NCBI GenBank assembly: GCA_000004695.1
Contig: CH709175.1
Coordinates: 1 to 5,697 of the forward strand
Reading direction: 5' to 3'
Origin: Dictyostelium discoideum
Taxonomy: Eukaryota
Length of the DNA: 5,697 nucleotides
Both the position numbers and the translations under genes were made by a program. Of this stretch, positions 1 through 5,697 are shown piece by piece. The notes below the pieces were generated by a model, which worked only from the letters and a program-made list of their open reading frames with translations, searched no databases and was not told the origin of the DNA. The stretch's first letter is position 1; each line of letters opens with the position of its first letter.

Positions 1-983
1 TGCAAGTTAATGTCTGATAAAATATTATTTTTTAAATAAATATTTTCATTTTTTTTAATTATTTGCCCTACAATTAAATCATTATTGTCAACATCTTTTT
101 CTTTTAGATTGTTAAAATTATCTAAAAATGTTGCCATTAATATTTTTGTTACTCTTTCAAATTTATGTTGATCTTGGTTGTTTGTATTGTTTGTCAAAAG
201 GTCTTTAATTTTACTAAATTGTGCTTCAAATCTCTCTGCTGATGTAAATTTTGGTGCACCCCAATTTTTTATATATAAAGGATAATGTAATAAAAGGTGA
301 AAGTTGATTGGTTCATTTGGTATTATCATAAATATTTTTTTATTAAAATTTTTAACTAAATAATTTATTTTATCCAAATCATCTTCGTCGAAAGAATCTT
401 GATATAATAAAAAAGTAAGCTGAACCATTTCTTCTAATAATAAGAAATCATCATTTGATACATTTGATTTAGTAAAAAATAAAATATAATATAATATGCT
501 TCTATTCTCTCTACCTTTTCTTGTTTTTACACCAAATAAAGATTCTGATGGTGGTAAATGATCTGGAATGATTTTAGCTTCTTTTAATTTTTTTATAAAA
601 ATTGTAATTTGATCCTTATATTTTTTGAAAATATAATTTAAAACCCATTGTACAATACCCAATAATATGTTGTGTAAAATATCAGGTTGTAAGTACAAAT
701 AATTTATTTTTAAATTTTCTACCCAAGATCTGTCATAATCTATAATGCCAATTTTTTTCATTTTATGTTCTGTTTCTAATTTTAAAATTTTATTTTGAGG
801 ATTTGAAAAATCTTGTTTATTTGGTTTTGAATTGTGAAAGTCAATAATATCTTTTTGATTTCTATAATTTCCTTCTTTTAATAAATAATCGACACCTCTT
901 TATTTATCACATGTATGACATGAGAACTCATTGCAATTATAATGGTTAATCCTACAAGATGATCTAAATTCTGGTATATCCAT
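1..983 (-). CDS. The 5' part of an ORF for a Tnp2/En-Spm (CACTA)/KDZ-like transposase-related protein; the 3' end lies beyond window position 1. ATG at 983-981. An in-frame TAA at 902-900 (codon 28) suggests a pseudogene or degenerate TE copy. The alternative first ATG after the stop is at 761-759.
   Basis: Manual translation of the minus strand gives one continuous frame from 983 to position 3, with a single TAA at 902-900. It reads MDIPEFRSSCRINHYNCNEFSCHTCDK*RGVDYLL...MKKIGIIDYDRSWVENLKINYLYLQPDILHNILLGIVQWVLNYIFKKYKDQ...IPDHLPPSESLF...KKIFMIIPNEPINFHLLLHYPLYIKNWGAPKFTSAERFEAQFSKIKDLL... It shows collinear matches to motifs I recall from plant Tnp2/Transposase_21+DUF4218 proteins: D-V-M-H-I-E-K-N matches DILHN; GKTKD matches KKYKD; LPPACY matches LPPSES; IFPPSFFD-M-HL-VHLP...GPV...WMYP-ER...LK matches IFMIIPNEPINFHLLLHYP...GAP...ERF...IKD. 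The N-terminal C-x6-C-x4-C-x2-C cluster is reminiscent of the Cys-rich transposase-associated N-terminus. An oligo-T run lies immediately 5' of the ATG (rc of 984-1000), typical of Dictyostelium promoters. The family assignment is from memory of motifs, not a database search. Confidence 0.5.
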
Positions 984-1034
984 CACAGGGGCGAAAAAAA
1001 ATACTTAAAAGCATCTTTAAAGTAGGAACGTAAA

Positions 1035-1400
1035 TAGTACTATTATAAAGTATACTTATTAAGTATATTTATTAAGTATACTTATTAAGTATATTTATTA
1101 AGTATACTTATTAAGTATAATTATTAAGTATAATTAATAAGTATATTTAATAAGTATATTTATTAAGTATATTTATTAAGTATATTTATTAAGTATAATT
1201 AATAAGTATAATTAATAAGAATATTTATTAAGTATATTTATTAAGTATAATTATTAAGTATATTTATTAAGTATAATTATTAAGTTTATTTATTAAGTAT
1301 AATTATAAAATATAATTATTAATTAAAATTATTAAGTATAATTATTAAGCGTAATTATTAATTATAATTAATAAGGGTAATTTATAAGGGTAATTATAAA
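1035..1400. repeat. Tandem minisatellite of about 27 copies of a 13-bp unit, consensus AAGTATAYTTATT, degenerating toward 1400. Adjacent units form overlapping 17-nt near-palindromes TATACTTATTAAGTATA.
   Basis: Direct reading shows units at 1048, 1061, 1074, 1087, 1100, 1113, 1126, 1139, 1152, 1165, 1178, 1191, 1204, 1217, 1230, 1243, 1256, 1269, 1282, 1295 and onward, all 13 bp apart. The reverse complement of TATACTTATTAAGTATA is TATACTTAATAAGTATA, differing only at the central base. Confidence 0.9.
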
Positions 1401-1675
1401 GTTCACTTAATAAGAATACTTAAAAATAATAATTAAAAATAACATTTTATAATAATAATTTAAAATAAATTTTAAAAAAAAAAAAAAACTAAAAAAAAAA
1501 AAGAATTTATTAAAAAGTAAAAGTATTTGAAATCAGAAATTTTTTTATTTAATCTGTGAAAATTCTAAGTGTATTAATGACTTTAACAAGGGTCATACAA
1601 CATTTATAATTGACTAATTTGAAAAGCAGAACTTTATTTCCATTATAATTTGTACCAAAAGCATACTTTAGAAGG

Positions 1676-2030
1676 GGCAACCTAAAATATAATTATTTTT
1701 TTTAAAATTATATTAATCTCTTTATTTTATATTATTTTTTTTTTAAAAAAAAAAATTATATTGACTTACCAGTAATTATTTAAGTGAAGTATCAATTTGA
1801 TTGAAGTGATTGTTGGTATAATAAGAAAGGTAACCTAAAATTTAATTATTGTTTTTCAAATTAGTCTATTTTATTTTATTATTATTTTTTTTTTTTTTTT
1901 TTTAATTTTATTTTTTTTAAAAAATTATTTTAACTTACCAGTAATTATTTAATTGTGGTATCAATTTGTTTTAAAAAAACTGGGGGTTGGTTTTGATAGC
2001 ATTGGTATTATTGATGAAGTTGAAAAAATC
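1676..2030. repeat. Two tandem copies (1676-1828 and 1829 to about 2030) of a ~150-200-bp complex repeat. Each has a head GGYAACCTAAAATNTAATTATT, a T-rich spacer of variable length, a core ACTTACCAGTAATTATTTAAKTGWRGTATCAATTTG, and a tail containing GAAGT..TTGGTAT.
   Basis: Aligning 1676-1828 with 1829-1975 by eye shows matching heads (ggcaacctaaaatataattatt / ggtaacctaaaatttaattatt) and matching cores (gacttaccagtaattatttaagtgaagtatcaatttg / aacttaccagtaattatttaattgtggtatcaatttg). The spacers differ mainly in poly-T length. Confidence 0.75.
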
Positions 2031-2100
2031 TAAAAAAATATTTTTTTGTTTTTTTTATTTATATTAATTTTTTTATTTTTTTTTTTATATTTTTTTTTAA

Positions 2101-2190
2101 TTTTAATTATCTTACCTTACCAGTTTTGATTTAGTGCAGTTTCATTTTTATTTAAAATAAGCGAAGTTGGATAATATCAATTTAAATTGC
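2101..2190. repeat. A partial third copy of the same complex repeat: core cttaccttaccagttttgatttagtgcagtttcattttt and tail gcgaagttggataatatcaa, preceded by a T-rich spacer at 2031-2100.
   Basis: CTTACCAG...TTTAGTG.AGT.TCATTT is conserved with the cores at 1764-1799 and 1933-1968. The tail has GAAGTTGG like the tails of copies A and B. The GGYAACCTAAAAT head is missing. Confidence 0.55.
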
Positions 2191-2493
2191 CATTTCTTTT
2201 TGGTGTTCCAGATGATGCAATATTATTTTTTATATTTAATTTTTAAATAATAATTTAAGTCTGAAAAATAATACCCGCAACGAAAAAAAAAAAAAAAATT
2301 AAAAAAAAAAAAAATTGAAAAAAAAAAAATGAAAATAAAAATCCACGTAAAAACGTAAAAGTTATGTAAATAATATAACGATTCTTTTAATATTATTTGC
2401 TTATATAAAATAATAAAACAAAAAAAAAAAAAAGCAAAATATTTATAGGTTTAAAAAAAAATAAAAAAAAAAAAAAAAATATATTGCAAAAAA

Positions 2494-2576
2494 AAATAAA
2501 GCATGTTTTTTTTTAATTTAAATTTTTTTTTTTTTTAAAAATAAAGCATGTTTGTTTTTATTTAAATTTTTTTTCT
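2494..2576. repeat. Local direct duplication with a period of about 44 bp: AAATAAAGCATGTTT(G)TTTTT(T)AATTTAAATTTTTTTT, two copies.
   Basis: ataaagcatgttt occurs at 2497 and 2541 with matching flanks. Confidence 0.6.
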
Positions 2577-2649
2577 TGTGTTCATATTATTTATTATATT
2601 TCAATTATTAAATATTTTATTATTTTATATATATTATATTTTTATTTTC

Positions 2650-2727
2650 GTTAAAAAAAAAAAATTCCAAAATTTTTTATTTTTTTTGTGTTAAAAAAAA
2701 AATTCCTAAATTTTTTTTTTTATTGTA
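2650..2727. repeat. Local direct duplication with a period of about 40 bp: GTTAAAAAAAAAA(A)ATTCC(T)AAA-T(n)-ATT, two copies.
   Basis: gttaaaaaaaaaaaattccaaaattttttat is followed by gttaaaaaaaaaattcctaaattttttttttt. Confidence 0.6.
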
Positions 2728-2805
2728 TTTTTTTTCATCACACATAGAATTATTTAAATTTTTTTAATAATATCAATGTATTTTAACAACAAATGTATCA
2801 ATAAT

Positions 2806-2920
2806 ATTTTGGAAAAAAAAAAAAAAGGTAAAAAAAAAAGATAAAAAAAAAGGTAATAAAAAAGAAAAAAAAAAATTAAAGATAAAAAAAAAAGGTAAAA
2901 AAAAAAAAAAAATTAAAAAA
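2806..2920. repeat. Low-complexity purine-strand tract of A-runs punctuated by GGT/GAT at intervals of about 10-14 bp.
   Basis: Read directly: ggaaaaaaaaaaaaaaaggtaaaaaaaaaagataaaaaaaaaggtaataaaaaagaaaaaaaaaaaattaaagataaaaaaaaaaggtaaaaaaaaaaaaaaaatt. Confidence 0.6.
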
Positions 2921-2951
2921 GTAATTTTTTACAATGTTATTTTTTATATAA

Positions 2952-3092
2952 TTCTGAATATTATATCATTTTATTTATGTTTTATAGTTTCAGAAATATT
3001 CTGAATATTATTTCTCAGTGTATTTACAAATATTTATACAACATTAAATTAAAAAATAAAACATATCATTTTATTTGTGTTTTATAGTTTCA
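2952..3092. repeat. Dispersed direct repeats. A 30-bp unit ATATCATTTTATTT(A/G)TGTTTTATAGTTTCA occurs at 2963-2992 and 3063-3092. A 13-bp unit TTCTGAATATTAT occurs at 2952-2964 and 2999-3011.
   Basis: Direct reading; the two 30-mers differ at one position. Confidence 0.7.
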
Positions 3093-3152
3093 TTTTTTTT
3101 ATTATTTTTTTTAATTTTTTTACATTAATATTTCAGCTATTAATTTTGAAAA

Positions 3153-3210
3153 ATACTTATTAAGTATACTTAATAAGTATTACTTATTAAGTATACTTAT
3201 TAATATATAT
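3153..3210. repeat. A second, short patch (about 4 units) of the same near-palindromic AAGTATACTTATT / TACTTATTAAGTA repeat seen at 1035-1400.
   Basis: Direct reading: aatacttattaagtatacttaataagtattacttattaagtatacttattaatatatattaa. The unit and its reverse complement are interleaved. Confidence 0.8.
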
Positions 3211-3704
3211 TAAAAAGAGTACTTGGATTTAAAGGTGCTTTAAAGTGTTGATTTTCGCCGCTGTGAAATGTGAAAATTGTAAAATTAAATTTTTTAATAT
3301 CAATGAAGAAAGAAACTGTTCAAAAATTGGTAATAATTATTTAAAACTAGATGTTGAATATTCAACCGATACGAGACAAAAACAATTTTTAAAGTACAAG
3401 AATGAAAAAGAAAAATATTATGAAACAAAAACAAATTCAACTTCAAGTTCGGATAAAAATGAAATTAATATTTGCATTTTTCTTTTATTTTTTTTTTTTT
3501 TAATTTTAATTTTTTAAATAAAAAAAAATAATTAAAAAAAAAATAAAAAAAAAAAAAAATTATTAAAAAAAAAAAAAAAAAAAAAAAATTTATTAAAAAA
3601 AAAAATAAAAATTTATATTTTCAATATTAAAATAAAATGAATAAAATGAATAGAATTTTTATAATATTTATTTTTATAGTTTTTATTAATAAATCTTATC
3701 AATT

Positions 3705-4085
3705 TGTTGATAAAAAATGTAAAAGTCACTCACACTAATCTTCAATCCATTGTCACATTTGTTCAATCTTTAAAGTAATGTTTTTTAATATGAAGGATAG
3801 AAAGAGTGAAAGACTAATATCATAAAAGTAAACATACATAAAAGAGATAATTAAAAGTAAGGGCGTTATGAAACTAAACCGAAAATCAGAATTTTTATTA
3901 TTTTTTTTAAATTTTAATTTAATTTAATTTTTTTAATTTAATTTTTTATTTTTTGACTGAAAAAATAAAAAATTAAAAAATAAAAATAAAAATTAAATGA
4001 AATATTTTTACATGGAGATGCGCGAATTTGTTACGTTGTTGAGCTCATACTAACTTTAAATTAATTTAGTTTTGAGTCTCTAACA
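3705..4085 (-). mobile_element. 3' LTR of a Ty3/gypsy (chromovirus, Skipper-like) LTR retrotransposon. The 5' boundary of the LTR is at 4085 (TG...); the 3' boundary is approximate (3705 or 3718).
   Basis: On the minus strand the sequence immediately 3' of the polypurine tract begins TGTTAGAGACTCAAAAC. This region is less A+T-extreme than its flanks. Candidate ends ...CTTTTACA (plus-strand tgtaaaag at 3718) or ...TCAACA (3705) give an imperfect terminal inverted repeat with TGTTAGAG. No second LTR copy is in the window, so the 3' edge cannot be fixed. Confidence 0.55.
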
Positions 4086-4103
4086 CCTTCCCCTTCCTTC
4101 TTT
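4086..4103 (-). promoter_or_regulatory. Polypurine tract (PPT) AAAGAAGGAAGGGGAAGG, the plus-strand primer site, immediately 5' of the LTR.
   Basis: An 18-nt uninterrupted purine run lies on the minus strand (the rc of ccttccccttccttcttt). It starts 25 nt after the pol TAG stop and abuts TG of the LTR. Such a run is improbable by chance in roughly 80 percent A+T DNA. Confidence 0.75.
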
Positions 4104-4128
4104 AGGCTAGCTATGTCTCAGAAGTGGA

Positions 4129-5463
4129 CTATAAACTCTTGGGTGTAACTTTTCTTCCTGATCTAGTTGTTTTAATTTGTAAACTAAGATCAAGTTCATC
4201 ATCATCACTTGAAGTATTTTGATTTCTTGATTTTCTTTTCTTTGATTGGTTTCTTTGATTTGAGATGGAGTTTTGTTGTCTTGGAGTAATTGGTTGCAAT
4301 GTTTGAGAACTTTGAACTTCTTGGGAGAGTGGAGGTGACACAATTGGCTCAACGGCTTCTGTAGTTGCATTCTCTCTTTCTCTTCTTGAGTTCAATTGTT
4401 TCTTCTGCACGTTATTCCAATACTCTCTGACTAACTCTTCACAGTCTGTATCGACTTCTTTGATCCATTCAGGTTCTGGGTAACCTTTGAACTTCACTAG
4501 GTACATCTTTTTGACTTTATCGTGATTGAGAATACTTTCAACTTCGTAACTTGCTTCGTCCATCTCCTCAGGTTCGGGCATCGATATCTCTTCTCTTAAC
4601 CACTCACTGTCCTCGTATAGTTTTACGATTTGATCCTTGTTGAACACATTGTGTTTCTTTGGATAACCTATTAAATCGAGTGTTACATTATTACCATGAA
4701 CGGCAGTGATTATGAATGGTCCACAATTCTTGGATTCAAGTTTGTGAGAGATTAGATCTTTTGAAATGTTAGTTTGGAAGAATTTTCTTTTAACCATAAC
4801 CTTTTCTCCGACTACGAAGATAACATCACCACGACCTCGGTTGTAGTAGTTTTGAGCATTGATTTGAGCATCTAGTATATTATCACGGACAATCTTTTTG
4901 ATGTTGCTCATTGGTATACGAGTCTTTGTTAATGAATTGAAATGATTAACGGGAGTTGGTGGATTGAATCCATAAACGATTTGGAATGGTGACATCTTTG
5001 TAGACTTGCTCATTGATGAGTTCATTGCAAATTCAATAAGTGGAATGATATCAGAACAAATCTCCCCATACTCTGTTGAGGCTTTAGTTAATATTCTAAT
5101 AATTTCTCTATTCATTCTTTCAGTTTGACCATCAGCTTGTGCTCTGTGTGCCACAGTCATCTTGAGTTTAGAATCCATCGTCTTTGTCCATCTCTCCCAT
5201 ATTTCTGAAAGGAATCTTGGATCTCTATCGGAGACGATTGTTCTTGGATAACCATGGAGTCTGAACACATGATTCAACAATAATTGAGCAGTATGTTGGG
5301 CATCTATTGTCTTATGACATGGAACTATATGAACCATTTTAGATAATCTACAAACAATGACACAAACTTGATCGACTTCAACTGTAAATCCGTTTATTGC
5401 ATACATTGTTTTTGGTAGCGATAAGAAATCGATTGATATATCTCTCCAAGTGAAAACTACCAT
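4129..5463 (-). CDS. pol: C-terminal part of Ty3/gypsy pol: integrase catalytic core (DDE) + GPF module + chromodomain + basic S/Q/N-rich tail. TAG stop at 4131-4129.
   Basis: The 444-aa ORF carries the rve-type core. It contains WRDISIDF (D12), IVSDRDPRF (D79) and HRAQADGQTER (E115), with the canonical D..D-35-E spacing (D79 to E115 is 36 residues). The GPF motif NCGPFIITAVHGNNVTLDL sits at aa 247-264. The chromodomain SYEVESILNHDKVKKMYLVKFKGYPEPEWIKEVDTDCEELVREYW sits at aa 305-349 (4417-4551). The KKRKSR basic cluster is at aa 408-413. A chromodomain fused to the integrase C-terminus defines chromoviruses, and Skipper is the Dictyostelium example. Confidence 0.9.
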   Translation of the reverse strand: MVVFTWRDISIDFLSLPKTMYAINGFTVEVDQVCVIVCRLSKMVHIVPCHKTIDAQHTAQLLLNHVFRLHGYPRTIVSDRDPRFLSEIWERWTKTMDSKLKMTVAHRAQADGQTERMNREIIRILTKASTEYGEICSDIIPLIEFAMNSSMSKSTKMSPFQIVYGFNPPTPVNHFNSLTKTRIPMSNIKKIVRDNILDAQINAQNYYNRGRGDVIFVVGEKVMVKRKFFQTNISKDLISHKLESKNCGPFIITAVHGNNVTLDLIGYPKKHNVFNKDQIVKLYEDSEWLREEISMPEPEEMDEASYEVESILNHDKVKKMYLVKFKGYPEPEWIKEVDTDCEELVREYWNNVQKKQLNSRRERENATTEAVEPIVSPPLSQEVQSSQTLQPITPRQQNSISNQRNQSKKRKSRNQNTSSDDDELDLSLQIKTTRSGRKVTPKSL

Positions 5464-5697
5464 TGTTTAGATTATTATTATCTGAATGGATTGGCATGTC
5501 TGTTGATGCTTTAACCTTTTCGATATCTATTGGTATGGAGTTATCTTGTTCAATTGGAATAGCGACAATATTTTCACCTTCAAACTCTTTCTTTAGATTA
5601 TTGAATTCTTTGAGTGATTCATCAGAAAGAGTTTTCTTGTTTTTCCCTTTTGATTCTTTGGAAAGGTGATAGGTTTTTTCAGCGTAATTTTCAATGG
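5464..5697 (-). CDS. pol: Upstream pol segment, open from the window edge in a frame offset by one nt from the integrase-core ORF. It overlaps the integrase ORF and stops at 5380-5378. No HHCC zinc finger is recognisable.
   Basis: Only one minus-strand frame is open across 5464-5697: IENYAEKTYHLSKESKGKNKKTLSDESLKEFNNLKKEFEGENIVAIPIEQDNSIPIDIEKVKASTDMPIHSDNNNLNN. The other two frames contain multiple stops. The integrase-core frame opens only at 5466, with TAA at 5469-5467. Confidence 0.4.

Larger units (their letters stand above)
3705..5697 (-). mobile_element. 3' portion of a Ty3/gypsy chromovirus-type LTR retrotransposon (Skipper-like), from partial pol through integrase-chromodomain and PPT to the 3' LTR. 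The 5' remainder lies beyond the window end.
   Basis: Order on the minus strand is pol (integrase DDE-GPF-chromodomain), TAG, 25 nt, 18-nt PPT, then TG... LTR. Confidence 0.8.

Noticed and set aside
1035-1400. Possible CRISPR array, given the regular short repeats
   Set aside because: The units abut each other with no spacers, are 13 bp, and are A+T-only. The context is eukaryotic and dictyostelid-like, with introns absent but LTR-retrotransposon and eukaryotic TE proteins present. This is a minisatellite, not a CRISPR array.
1561-1680. Less A+T-rich island with a small hairpin (ATGAC-N10-GTCAT) that might be a tRNA or small ncRNA gene
   Set aside because: No tRNA A/B-box (no GGTTCGA-like B box anywhere in the window) and no cloverleaf is evident. 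It merges into the head of the first 150-bp repeat. There is insufficient evidence for an RNA gene.
2281-2500. Long poly-A tracts as a possible poly-A tail of a non-LTR (TRE-type) retrotransposon
   Set aside because: No adjacent coding or recognisable TRE module, and no target (tRNA gene) nearby. Homopolymer A/T runs are ubiquitous in this kind of genome.
3733-3737. CACTA pentamer near the LTR edge as a possible CACTA-element terminus
   Set aside because: It lies inside the retrotransposon LTR, in the wrong orientation and location relative to the transposase-like ORF, so it is most likely chance.
4107-4370. 87-aa minus-strand ORF from the supplied track
   Set aside because: It lies entirely within, and out of frame with, the C-terminal tail and stop region of the pol ORF. 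It has no motif support, so it is a spurious overlapping frame.
5463-5669. 68-aa plus-strand ORF from the supplied track
   Set aside because: It is antisense to the only open minus-strand pol frame and its composition mirrors the coding strand. It is a spurious antisense ORF.
1-5697. Prokaryotic defence or novel-system architecture (operon, toxin-antitoxin, restriction or abortive-infection modules)
   Set aside because: Base composition, homopolymer tracts, codon usage and the proteins encoded (chromodomain integrase, Tnp2-like transposase) are eukaryotic. There are no compact co-oriented gene clusters, RBS-like spacing or terminators.

Overview
This window is extremely A+T-rich (roughly four-fifths A+T by eye) and has long poly-A/poly-T runs. 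Coding stretches are rich in AAT/AAA/CAA codons and encode N/K/Q-rich proteins. This points to a eukaryotic nuclear genome of the dictyostelid (social amoeba) type, not a prokaryotic locus. I found no operon, CRISPR array, tRNA or defence-system-like architecture. The window looks like a transposable-element cluster with three parts. (1) Positions 1-983, minus strand, carry the 5' part of an ORF that runs out of the window at position 1. Its product shows several collinear motif matches to Tnp2/En-Spm (CACTA) / KDZ-type transposases (Transposase_21 + DUF4218 region). An in-frame TAA at codon 28 interrupts it, and the protein is too short at its N-terminus to hold the full catalytic region. (2) Positions ~1035-3210 are a non-coding, A+T-extreme tract organised into repeats. 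There is a ~27-copy array of a 13-bp near-palindromic unit (AAGTATAYTTATT), and a second short patch of the same unit about 2.1 kb away. There are also three ~150-200-bp complex repeats with conserved GC-containing cores, several local direct duplications, and A-tracts phased by GGT/GAT. (3) Positions ~3705-5697, minus strand, are the 3' end of a Ty3/gypsy chromovirus-type LTR retrotransposon, Skipper-like. It comprises an integrase DDE core, a GPF module, a chromodomain and a basic tail (ORF 4129-5463). An 18-nt polypurine tract (4086-4103) follows, and the 3' LTR starts with TG at 4085 and runs to ~3705-3718. The pol segment upstream of the integrase core is in a different frame and shows no HHCC zinc finger, so this copy is probably defective or atypical. 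I see nothing I can defend as a new biological system. The main novelty candidates are the CACTA/KDZ-like transposase remnant in an amoebozoan context and the palindromic repeat arrays that may be its subterminal repeats.
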